From contig NKIB01013511.1 of NCBI GenBank assembly GCA_002256025.1, positions 1-56,196 on the forward strand: a stretch of DNA of 56,196 nucleotides, written 5' to 3'. This document shows positions 1 to 10,581 of this stretch, piece after piece (the first letter of the stretch is position 1; each line of letters begins with the position of its first letter). The translations under genes and the position numbers were made by a program. The notes below the pieces were generated by a model. The model was given only the letters and a program-made list of their open reading frames with translations. It was not told the origin of the DNA and made no database searches. Source of the stretch: Asterionella formosa. Its lineage: Eukaryota.

Positions 1-134
1 GTTGGATCAGCAGTAGACAACTCAACAATATCTTCGACGTCCTCATCAGCTACAACGCATTGCTTCTCTTCCGAATCAATGCGAATAGAGGCAGCATCAG
101 AAGTTTCAGCCGTACCCACTACTTTGCTGCTCAT
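1..134 (-). CDS. Partial ORF running off the left edge (5' end of an unknown protein, MSSKVVGTAETSDAASIRIDSEEKQCVVADEDVEDIVELSTADP...)
   Basis: ATG at 134 on the minus strand and an open frame to the window edge; coding-like composition; too short to identify. Confidence 0.45.
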   Translation of the reverse strand, partial: MSSKVVGTAETSDAASIRIDSEEKQCVVADEDVEDIVELSTADP

Positions 135-265
135 TGCGCCAATTAATCGAGATATAGTCGATGTTGGAAGATTGGTATAGAGATGAGCGGACTACTGATT
201 CTTGTATGACTCACGAAGTTGAAAGGTAATGTATACAGAGTACCGTAGTGTATATATAACAAAAA

Positions 266-1537
266 ATAGTTGGCGCAATATTTAATAGTGTTGTGCTTGC
301 GTATTTACAGTTATTTTATCAGTGGCAACGGACGTGATACACAGTGATCAACGGCTTGAGGGCCGTTCTTATCATTCTGTTATTTGTTGTCATTGGTGTA
401 TAATCGCCGAAATATGATACAAAAATGGCGATTCGGGTTTTTTTTGTGTATCACCAACGGTTTTTTTGGTCTGATCACCGGTTTATCATGGGTGTATCAC
501 TGATACAGTTTTTGGACCCCTGACCAATGCTGTATCACTGATCAAGCCGTTGATCACTGTTTATCACGTTCGTTGCCACTGATAAAACAACTGTAGACAT
601 GCCAGCGCCAACTATATAATCTATTTTGTGGATGGGAAAATCAACATCAGCAACACAGCGCAACTTGAAAACGCCACTGGTGCAATCGATTGATCTAATG
701 GCGTCTATAGCACAAAGACTAACCTAACACCACTTTTTGCAAGCACTTTTGTCATATAATAGTATTGTTGTAGTCGTATTAGCAGTCATAGCTTTAGTCG
801 TTGCCGTAACAAATCAATAGTTCTGTTTGCAATCATATAAAATGACGAATGTTCCTCTTCTACATTGTTGATTCGTAATTTCTTATGCAATTTTAAAGAT
901 ATATCTATATTTCCTTTTCTATTGCATCGTTCGTACAATGATATCTTAGACCGCAAAAGCGCAGCGACTCCTTTGCCATTTTGATGGAGAAATAGCTGAT
1001 TATCAACATGGTCAATGTGTTGACGAGTCTCTCAATACCTGGTACCAGGGGCTAGTAGCATCTACCGCACAGGCTCCGGAAGATGAAATGATATTTGTTT
1101 TTTATTCCGGTTGTTATTTTTATTTAAGCTACGCATTTGCATATTACTGCTCATATATATCTAGATGCTCGTAGCTGGCCTGTCACCGTTGACAATCCTT
1201 GTTACTCCATGATACATTGTGATCACAAATTAGTGATACAGTGACACTTTTGGAATGAATGAAATTCAGTTCAAATCGAGTTACCGTTGCTGATACATTT
1301 TCAAAAAAATTCAAATTCCGTGATACACGAAAAAAAATGATAAGAACGGCCCTGATCAGTGATACAGCATTGTTTAGGGGTCCAAAAACTGTATCAGTGA
1401 TACACCCATGATACACCGGTGATCAGACCAAAAAAAACCGTTGGTGATACACAAAAAAAACCAAACCGCCATTTTTGTATCATATTTCGGCGATGATACA
1501 CCAATGACAACAAATAACAGAATGATAAGAACGGCCC
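266..1537 (-). mobile_element. Truncated, inverted copy of the same MITE family, interrupted by the 360-1352 insertion
   Basis: 1353-1537 is the reverse complement of the element's first ~185 bp; ~300-359 is the reverse complement of the next segment, joining at the duplicated TGA; similarity fades near 266. Confidence 0.8.
360..1352 (+). mobile_element. Non-autonomous PIF/Harbinger-type (Tourist-like) MITE, 993 bp
   Basis: Perfect 17-bp TIRs GGGCCGTTCTTATCATT (360-376) / AATGATAAGAACGGCCC (1336-1352); 3-bp TSD TGA at 357-359 and 1353-1355; many subterminal TGATAC/GTATCA motifs; second copy at 43199-44154. Confidence 0.9.
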
Positions 1538-1544
1538 TATAAAA

Positions 1545-1991
1545 CGCTTGTTAAATTTTTTTTACTACAGTCTATCATGTTGTTGTTATAGTCGTCGTTG
1601 TAGTGATTTCGCAGCTACTGTGACATTGTCAAATCTGTTCAGAGCATCGTCGTTTTGAATTGTGCATCCATAAACTTCAAGGAAAAATGTGCCATTTGCG
1701 TCTCTAATTTTCGCCGTTAATATTTGCGTTATTACAATAATTCTTTTACAATTGTATTTTCTATATTGGGTATGATACACGAACCGAATTGAAAAGCGTC
1801 GTTCTCAACATTCATGTAGATATTCGCTCTTTTTGTCATGGTCAAGGCGTTGACGACATATTTCAAGATGTTCCAGCCTAACCAAACGACTTTTCACTTG
1901 AGTGTTGTGTGTGTACAAAAGAATCGCATTACTTAAGCTAAATAATAATATACTAGCACTCACGAGTGATTCATCGGTTGCCGGAACCCTG
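1545..1991 (+). mobile_element. Degenerate DNA-transposon end (CAGGG/CCCTG terminus, hAT-like); related copies at ~17906-18365 (-) and ~53190-53408 (+)
   Basis: Shared blocks such as gtcaaatctgttc..gtcgttttgaattg (two copies), aagcgtcgt and catggtcaagg; all three copies end in CCCTG. Confidence 0.55.
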
Positions 1992-2340
1992 GTACCTGGT
2001 ACCAGGTACCAGGTACTCTGATCGTGATGGCAGTCATACCGGCGAATTCAAAAAATATCTTATAATAGAAAAATAATATGTTTTCTTTTCTGCACATATA
2101 AAATATTTGGGTGTGTAGCACCAGATGTACACCGAGGAGACAGAAGCGTGGTGGAAGACCGGAGCACAGGATTTACGGTACCTGGTACCAGGTACCAGGT
2201 ACCTGGTACCCCAATTACTATTCTATGTACCTGGTACCAGAAATACATACCGGTGCCGAATATTCACTCGTTCGCTCAGCATGCGACAATGCACGACACT
2301 TTGTCTCCTCCTACACTACTAGGCACCTGGTACCAGGTAC
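1988..2340. repeat. TACCTGG/CCAGGTA palindromic heptamer cluster upstream of PP2C
   Basis: Perfect 26-bp palindrome cctggtacctggtaccaggtaccagg at 1988-2013; further runs at 2177-2240 and 2325-2340. Confidence 0.85.
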
Positions 2341-2793
2341 TACATATTCCTTCGACATATCGCTGCTGTGATGTGCTTGTCAGAAATCTACTAAAAAGCA
2401 ATCAGAAAGAAGCAGGCGTTCTGATTTATTCTACATGATTCTACGTTGTTGACAGGATCGTGACGCTAAATTTATATCATACCAGGTCCTGAATTACAGG
2501 TAGTATCCATATGTACGTAGGAACTGAGTAGACCCCTGCTGTTAGGTAAGACTTATGTACGTGGGCGTCTCTCACAGAACGAACGACACCACGCACAAAA
2601 TGCTTACTCACATAAATTTTCACATTGTCATCAAGGGCGGGCAAACTTGCGATCCGAATTTCTGTCAAGTCAAATCGGCTGAATTAGGTGTCAACAAGTT
2701 TCTGACTTCATTGCGTTTTGTATGTATCTATTCTAAACTCATCTGAACCTTGCCATAAGCAATCACAAGAGTGGAAAGAACAAAAAGCCAAGA

Positions 2794-4265
2794 ATGGCAA
2801 TGACAGCATCTTCTTCTCGCCTTTTGGCCACCTCCCGGGTAGTAACTTCCGGAAGGCGCAATCTGTCGCAACTGCGAACCCCCAACACTTCCGGCATTGT
2901 GCGGATCAACGCTGCGTCTCCAAATCTTTTGAAAGGCCGGCCATTATCGACATTTCAAGATTCACTTCTAGCGTCACTGTCTACTTTGGAGTCTTCCTCC
3001 GCTAAAGCGGAGATTCCAGCTTCGTCATGGACTGCATGGGAGGTTTTGGCGTCCACGCTTTTGGCTATGGCCATGTCGGGTTCCTTGCTCCTGGGATCGG
3101 CGGAATCAAATTCGCATCACCAAGTAAGATTTGGACCACCTCATAGTGGGGGAAATGGTGGAGGAGGTCCGTCGTCCAGTGATTTCAATGCCCTCCTTAT
3201 TGCTTCTCCCGCAAAGGATGAAGAGCACGATCGTAAGGAAAACAGCAAGCTAGAGGAAGAACCTGAATGGATCCCTTGGCAAATGAATGTAGGACAGAAG
3301 CCATACGAGGTGAGTCAGGACTCCCTTTAATATTGTTTGCGTCGTTTTGTGACGATACTCGTGTGTACGAGGCACTCAATTCGTGTTTGTTTTGTTACTT
3401 TCGTTAGGTTTCCACTAGAACTGACCAAGGAGATCGCACCCATATGGAGGATGAATACCTTATCAAGGAAGGAGGTCGCTTTGCCGCCGTTTTTGATGGA
3501 CATGGCGGCAGTGATGTAAGTCGTTACCTTCGTCAGAACCTTTACTCAAAAATACAAGACCAACGAAAGACAAAGCAATGGGAAGATCATGGCACACCCA
3601 GGTACGGTTCGCTTCGGTCTCATATCACAGCTCTCCGGCGAGCGTTTGAGCAAGTGGACCGGGAAGTGTGTGCTATGGACCACATGTCCCATCAAGGAAG
3701 TACAGCCGTCGCAGTGTCCATGCACGAAGAAAAAGATGGGCGCCGCTTTTTGCTGTCCGCTAATGTTGGAGATTCTAGGGCGGTCTTGTGCCGCAATGGC
3801 GGAGCGGTTGACTTGACAAGGGACCATAAGCCTAACTCGGAGACTGAGCGAGCTCGCCTTGAAGCAATGGGTGAGCAAGTGGAATTTGACATGTATGGTC
3901 AATGTTGGAGAGTTCGAAACTTGTCCTTGTCGAGGGCGATTGGAGATCGCATGTCCAAACCAGCCGTGACTGGTCAAGTCGAAATTCAGCAATTTCCGGT
4001 CATGGATGGTGATGAATTTATCATCCTTGGCTCCGATGGACTGTGGGATGTTATGAGCTCTCAAGATGCAGTTTCCTTCGTCCGCAATCGATTGAATGCA
4101 GCTCCCAACGTAATGGACGGGCATGAAACTGATCGAATTGCCTATGCTCGTCGCATGACGATGTCGAAGGAACTGATTCAAGAGGCGCTCAAGCTGAGCA
4201 GAAAATTTGGCCCCGCTGCTGACAACATTTGTGTTGTAGTTGTATGGTTACCACAGAGGAAATGA
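2794..4265 (+). CDS. Protein phosphatase 2C (PPM family), 2 exons: 2794-3309, 3408-4265 (457 aa), with a long Ser/Arg-rich N-terminal extension (possible organellar presequence)
   Basis: PP2C motifs QGDRTHMED, AVFDGHGG, ANVGDSRAVL, LTRDHKP, LSLSRAIGD, ILGSDGLWD, DNICVVVV; phase-0 intron GTGAGT...TTAG at 3310-3407 joins the two ORFs in frame. Confidence 0.93.
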
Positions 4266-4351
4266 ATAGACTATTGCACTGTATATCTACACTGGATGCA
4301 CAGCATGCTTTTGTGTGTGAATTAAATAATTGAATATGTAAATTTGCCTAG

Positions 4352-7300
4352 TTACGATGGAAAATTTTCTTTATTTGGCGAAGTAGACACCGGAAGAAGG
4401 TTACCGAACGGATTGAGAGTGTCTCGCTTGGTCTTGTCGAAACGACTGATTTTCGATTCCTTTTCTTTTGTCGCTTGCCTGGGATTCGACCTTTGAAGGC
4501 TCGGAGAAAGCGGACCGCGTAGCGCATCATTAGGATCAGTACGCCTTGCTTTTGACCAAGGGCTCTCTACCTTTTGCGATGCCGTCTTTCTTTTGCTGGA
4601 CGAGTCTGCAGTTGTTGTGGCTAATCTGGTTCGACTGGATGCTGTTTGCGCCTCGGCAGCTCGTGTGGATCGAACGGGGCGATGTTGCTGTGGAGATTTG
4701 CTTGCCGTCGTCTCGCTGGACTTTTGTCGTTTGGCAGGTGAGTCATCAGAATTTCTCTTTTCTGCAGATCGTTTTGCTCCAGCCGTTTTTGTCCGAACTG
4801 TCCTTAAATGCATGAACGCAGTTCTCTTTTCCACTGCATTATTCATACGGTCGGGATTCTCAACCAGGGATCTGACCTCCTCACTCAAGAGCTCAGCATC
4901 GAATTTTAGGTGCTCCGTTTCATGCCAAGCCTTCAGTAGTGAAGCAAGCTGTTCGAGTTGCGCAGTGAACTTCCCTTGCATTTGCTTTCTGAAACGTTCT
5001 TCCTGGAGAAGCGAACAACTTCCAGTTTTCTTGGAGAGTAAACGTTCCTTGTTACATTTCTTGTCTTCAAAATCGTCAAGTCGGGCACTCAAGATACGAA
5101 TCTCAGAATCTAACGAAAGGATTCTGCTTTTGGCGTCTTGTTTGGATCTCAGCCGCTCAACTTCGTTGTGAACATTCTCAAGCTTGAGCAGCCTAACGTC
5201 CATTTGGCAATAGACCTTAGCGGCTTCCTTGGCAGCTTGCAACACCCAAGCTTCGACAAACAATGATCCCGCTAAGGACACTTCAGCAAATGGAAGCTCA
5301 TTTTGAGATCTGAGTGACTTTGTGGCTTTTTCTAGATTGCCCCAGAACTTTCCTCTTTCTGATGTGGTAATTCCCAGAGCTTCCCACACAACGGTTAGAG
5401 CTTCGATTTCGCTTTGAGTCATCGCATCGACACCCGAAATAAGAGCGTCCATCTCAGTTATCAAAGCTTCAATATGCTCTTGCGACAACGGAGGCAATTG
5501 GAAAAGAGCATCGTGGAAACTAGCATAGGCTTCGCTTGCGTCTAGCTCTCCATCCACAGTCATGAGCAATGTCTTCTGAGCGCGGTCAACGATCTCCTTG
5601 AGCTGCCTTGACAAGACACGCCGTTGATCAGCCACGCCCAACATTGCTGATTTCATTGCATTCAGATGTTGCGTGAAAACCGGAGTTGCTTTAATAATGA
5701 AGTCAGAGTCAGAAATACAACAAGCTACATCGGTGGCAACGTCTTTCTGCCACCAATCTGGCAAGTCTTTGTGGAAGCGTTCGCTAAGTGCCGCAATATT
5801 GTCGGCAGACATGTGCATTTGCTTCGTTAACAAGTGAGTCTCGTCACGAGATTTTGCATTGGCTGCGAGCTTCTCGGTCTTCGAGAGACGAAGATCTGAA
5901 AGCTCTCTCTCGCATTTGTCCAAAAATGACGCTTCCAATGATCCAGGCGGACTAAATCCCTTATCATCGATACCTTCACATGCCAACCCATCGCCGACAA
6001 TTGAATCAAGAGGCTGGATCATGTCATGCACATCCCTCATCTTGACGGCCTTCATTGTGCTGCCTGACTTTGAAATGATTTCTGTTGTTTCGAGTGATCC
6101 CGACAAAGAGCCCTCTTGGACTTTGATGAGGTGCTTCAGATTAAAGGAGATGTCTTCCTCGGTTATGGAAAGCGATGACATGATTGCCATTAGGTCGCCT
6201 GTGATTTTAGCGCGTCGCTCCAACGCAGCATCGTACGCTGGTTGAAGCAAATCTACCTCACTCTTGAGCCCATCTAACACTTCAAGTAAGGTGTTACCTG
6301 TTCCACCAACGCCTCCTCCTTTTTCATCTGGCAAACCAAGGGAACGTTGCATAGCAGCGAGGTAAATTCCGAATTTAGCTATCCCATTGCGGGTTGAGGA
6401 TTTCATGGCATTGGCGTCATCCAACTTCCGCTTACAAGTATCTTCAAGGCAGGACATAATCTGCAATCGAACAGCTTCTCTGTCTTCTAATGAAATCCCA
6501 AGTTCGCGCCAGATGCCCTGCAGAACTGCAAGAGTCTCTTCCGAGGCATGGACAGTGGATGCTTGTCTCAAGATTACCTCCGACAACATAAGATTCTCTC
6601 GCGTTTCCGCGAGTTCCAAGTCTTTCACCGCCAACGTCATTTTCGATTTCTTAAAGCTTTTTTCCACCAATTCCTTTGCCACTTCAATAACCTTCAATTG
6701 ACCTTTTAAGGAAAATACTGACGCCTGCAGTTCCTTGATGGTTACAAACGGATCACTGCCACAAGAACCGAGGGCTCGACGTTCAGCCAACTCGTCAGTG
6801 CACAACTTGATTTTCTTGTTCAATGTTTCCACCTCACTTTCCATGCTTTGAAGAGCAGATTCCTTGCGGTCCATCGCCCGTCCCAAGTTTTGGTTCTCAA
6901 GCTCAGTGGTGGCATATCGTTGGACGAAGTCCCAAAGCAAACGTCTAGCCAGAGGAGCAGAAAGGTTTCCAACCGTCGCATGAGTAGTGTCTTCTTGTTT
7001 TGTAGAACCAGTCTGCTCATCACTTGTGAAGTATGCAAGCTTGATTCTCAAGTCTTCCATTTCACTTCCAATCAACTCGCACTTTAATTCAAGATCTTCC
7101 AGATGCTCCTCCGCTTCATTAGTACTTTTGCCTTGCTGCCGAAGATCTTCCAATACAGCAACTTCAGAACGAAGGGACCGAATGACGGCACTGTACTCGG
7201 CGACACGATCTTCGTATTGCGTCCGCATTTGAGCCTGACTGACTCGGTCTGACACAAAGCGCTCCAGCAAAAGAGTCATGGACGAAAGCTCCTCTGAATG

Positions 7301-9657
7301 GTCCGCAAAGAAGTGGGCTGCCTTGGATTTCTTGGCCGTCCTGAATCCGCTCTGTTTGTTTGGACTCGGTTTCATGCGGTCCTGAAGATCCCGTTGCCGC
7401 ATCGACAAAAGCTTCAGAAGATGCAACTCAGTCTGCTTAAGCTTCTCTGTCAACTTGTTACAATAGACATTCCGTTTCTCCAAATTCTTTTCGTGAATGC
7501 GAAGTTGGGTCTGCAGTTTTGAATACTTTTGGCCGTCGGTGTGCTCCTTGCGTTTCAGCAAGGATATTTCACGAGTCTTGTTTTCTGTATATTCGCGGTG
7601 TTTCGCGGCAGATTCCTTCTGCTTCTTGATGAGATTGACCCGACCTACTCTTAGCTCACTAATTTTGAGTTCTAGCGCCTCGCATTTTTTTGCTTGTTGC
7701 TCGGCTTTGCGGTACATTTGCTGGTGTTTTCTTGCATCATTGCGAGCTCGAGCCAGAGAAGCCTCCACTTTCTCCACTTTCTTCTTGATGGCAAGTGAGC
7801 AACCCTTTGTAGGGTCAGCCACGACTCTTTCCAATTGGTCGGCCAATGATGCCTTCTCCAACTCCAACTGCTGCACCTCAGTCATGAGAGCTTCATATTT
7901 TTCCTTCATACTATGATAAACCATGAGACTGTCCTTCAATTGAAGCAACATGGCAGAATGCTCTTCTAACTCGCCGTTGACTAATTTGAGTTGCATTTGG
8001 TCCCTTTTTTGCTCTTGATCGTAGTCTTGGTCTTTTTGCTGCAGATCCAATAGCTGATCCAAAATCGCCAGTTCCTCGTCAGGACTAATACCAGCAAAGG
8101 TATGGTGCTCGTCGAATTTCTTCGCTGAATCCTTGAAGGTTGAATTTTGTGTCGTTTCTCGTTTAAATCTTGCTGGTGTCGTGATAGATAGCGTATCGAA
8201 TTCTTCGAACGCAAGTTGAACCGGATTACCTGACGGTGGCATCATTTCCATTGGAGCAGGTACATTGAATGCAGCAGGTAAGGTGGTTAAAACGGCTCCT
8301 TGATGTTCATTAGCTGTTTTTTGCACCAACATGAGGTAATTCTGCACATTCTTTTGCTGCATTAACGCCTCATCTACAACACCAATGTTTTCGTCGCCAT
8401 TGCCTTCGCTTCCTATCTGAAACTTGAACTTGACCAGCTCATTCATTAAGATATGATTGAGAGCATATAGTCGCTGCATTTCTGTAACAACTGAATCCAC
8501 ATTTTTCGTCGGAGCATTCTTAATGTTACGAGCCCGGTTTGCGTAATGAAGAGTCGAAAGTGTTTCACTTGAGTTAATGTCGGCTGGAGAGACACATGCT
8601 AAAAAAAGTGTTTGGGAATTGCCGCCCAATGCATCTTGTAGCAAGCGTGTGAGCTTCGACTGACGATAAGGCACATGCGTTTTTTCTTTTTTCGTAAAAC
8701 GCTCATCATCTGCAAGGGCATTGATGACATTCCCAAGCGCCAATAGACCTTCATTAATCTTAATACCCTCCTTCGCACGTTCGCCTTCAGCACCAGTCTT
8801 CTTCATTCGTTCTGATCCAGCCAAGTCCACGAAAGTGAACTTAGACATCGTCTTGACATCTAAGTCTCCTCCTCCCCGGGTCGATTGAATGAGTTGAATA
8901 GTAAAGACAGCATGAGACCGACTTGAAGTCAAGTTCATCAATGTCGCTGCTGTTGTTCGATTTAAGGTGCCTATGTGCAAGACGTTCAAGGCTTCTTCTG
9001 CCGTCGAGACAGATTGAGATTTCAACCCCGTGACTACTACCCCTCCTTGTGAATCTTCTCTCAATGGCAATGCGGTACGATCCTTATCTGTCAAATCATG
9101 AACGTCTTCTCCGTAAACTTCTAGAAACGAGGCCTGAACACTGTAGTCCAACAGAACTGGTCCCTTTTCATCGTCTGATGCTTCTTTCTTGTTCTTGAGG
9201 GAGTGGAACATGTCCTGCATAAAGCGAGGAATCAAACCAGGCTGAGAAATGATTGCGCTATTTTCCGAGTGTGCTTCTGATCCCATGGTGAAAGTCTTTC
9301 CAGAGCCAGTTTGGCCGTATGCCATAATCTGGAACGATAGAAACGGTATGCGAGGTATCAGAACACTGTCAATTTCCAATGCAAGAATCACACACACACG
9401 CATGCAAGAATTCATCAAGCGAATCTTGCACTCACAGTTGCATTATATCCTTCCAAAAAGCTTTTCAGCAACGGCGGAGCCACCTGTTGATACAAGTTTT
9501 GTTGGCTCACTTGTGCATCAAAGACTGCATCGTAGGTAAATTGCCGTCTGCCAATGCCAACAGTAGGATGCAATCCTACAACTACTGGCTTGCCACCTTC
9601 CAATTCCTCTTTTGATGTCAAGGGACGAATGCGGACACCGACACGAACACTCGTCAT
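4352..9657 (-). CDS. Kinesin-4 (KIF4/KIF21-like) N-terminal motor with coiled-coil stalk and a C-terminal PRC1/Ase1/MAP65-like region; 2 exons: 9657-9436, 9328-4352 (~1732 aa)
   Basis: Motor motifs SVRVGVRIRPL, FLEGYNAT/IMAYGQTGSGKT, MNLTSSRSHAVF, FVDLAGSER, INEGLLALGNVINAL, HVPYRQSKLTRLLQDALGGNSQT, YANRARNIKN; phase-0 intron GTGAGT...CCAG at 9435-9329. Confidence 0.93.
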
Positions 9658-9833
9658 GGTGTAACGACTTTTTTGACGAGCAAATACCGGTACGTTAAAG
9701 GCAAATGGAAAAGTAAACGCCAAGAAAGCGAGCGAGGCAAGCGCGGAAGTTAAGTTTTGAATTTGTACATTTGTCAGTCAATAAAACGGTTGTGGTTCCA
9801 GCCACACTTGTCTGTATAGGAGAAATTTATGTA

Positions 9834-9929
9834 CCGAGCAAGTTGCGGTAATTTTGCTGAAGCTAAAGTTTTAGCTATTTTTATCCCAGATGAAAATGTT
9901 AATTAAGCAAAATGACTGCAACTTGGAGG
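9834..9929. mobile_element. 96-bp miniature inverted-repeat element with TA flanks (Tc1/mariner-like MITE); other copies at 13700-13820 and ~28600-28679 (inverted)
   Basis: Imperfect TIRs ccgagcaagttgcggtaattttgct / agcaaaatgactgcaacttggagg flanked by TA on both sides; core ttagct...ttatcccaga shared by three copies. Confidence 0.7.
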
Positions 9930-10400
9930 TACCAGCACCAGGTACTGGTACCATCGCACTCTCTGCTCTCAACAGTGAGGATGCATGCCAGTTCATGTTA
10001 TGTAGCGGTAGAACCAGGCACCAGGGTTCTTTAATGTTTTTAGTCTACTGTAAGATACGAGTAGAGTAAAGAACTGTACCAGGTACCAGACCAGGTACCG
10101 GTAGCTGAAGTTCATTACAGGAGGACCAGGGTACCAGGTACATATCAGGTAGCCTACCGGTACGGTACCTGGTAACCAGGTAGAGTACCTGGTACCAGGT
10201 ACCCCGGAGTCCCTGGTACCTGGTAGTAGCAGGTTCTGCATGATGCAAGCGTACGCATCATGATGGAGCCACTACCAGTACCTGGTACACAGTTACTCAC
10301 AACAAATGCTACCTGGTACTAGGTACCAGGTTCTTCTGGTAGTACATTGGCTTGTTTTTTCTTACCGTACTCGGAGTACCTATTTAATCCGTAACCCGGA
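9928..10400. repeat. Dense TACCTGG/CCAGGTA/GGTACC cluster in the divergent kinesin-4/ORC6-like spacer
   Basis: Many tandem and inverted heptamer copies, e.g. 10076-10102, 10126-10142, 10164-10225, 10309-10330. Confidence 0.85.
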
Positions 10401-10581
10401 GTCGAGTTCCAGGTAAAAGAAAAAACAAGTCACAATGATGATGCACCAACAATTTTAGTTGGGAACGTAAATTACTGATACATCAGTCGTCGTTTTTGTT
10501 ATCCACAAGTCGAGGTGTGTTGCTTGCTCCAGTCACTAAGAGCGTTCAGTGTTATTTTCCCCAAGTGCGATCTACAGGATT

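Noticed and set aside
360..1537. A single element with ~185-bp terminal inverted repeats
   Set aside because: The flanks (TGA / TAT) do not form a TSD; the TGA duplication at 357-359 and 1353-1355 shows a nested insertion instead
1988..2013. CCWGG/GGTACC density as evidence of a bacterial Dcm or KpnI restriction-modification system
   Set aside because: No methyltransferase or nuclease gene is present and the DNA is eukaryotic; the sites are a by-product of the heptamer
2447..2767. Solo LTR (TG...CA) shared with 19580-19900
   Set aside because: Similarity continues past the CA into the PP2C coding sequence and there is no TSD, so it is a duplicated host segment
3546..8793. Numerous antisense and alternate-frame ORFs overlapping PP2C and the kinesin (likewise within NSUN2, glycerate kinase, kinesin-14 and the USP8-dimer gene)
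   Set aside because: Shadow ORFs of long coding regions with no recognisable motifs
9329..9418. ORF-track N-terminus MMNSCMRVCV... for the kinesin (similarly the track starts at 48369 and 52225)
   Set aside because: These starts lie within introns; spliced upstream exons supply the conserved N-terminal motifs
9750..9795. CHR-like TTTGAA and MSA-like AACGG mitotic promoter elements upstream of the kinesin
   Set aside because: Single short motifs expected by chance; no supporting repetition
9928..10400. Heptamer arrays as a CRISPR array, or as coding sequence (VPGTWY-rich ORFs at 2060-2438, 9993-10248, 16131-16424, 37892-38346, 49015-49391)
   Set aside because: No constant repeat with unique spacers, no cas genes and a eukaryotic context; the ORFs are translations of the low-complexity repeat
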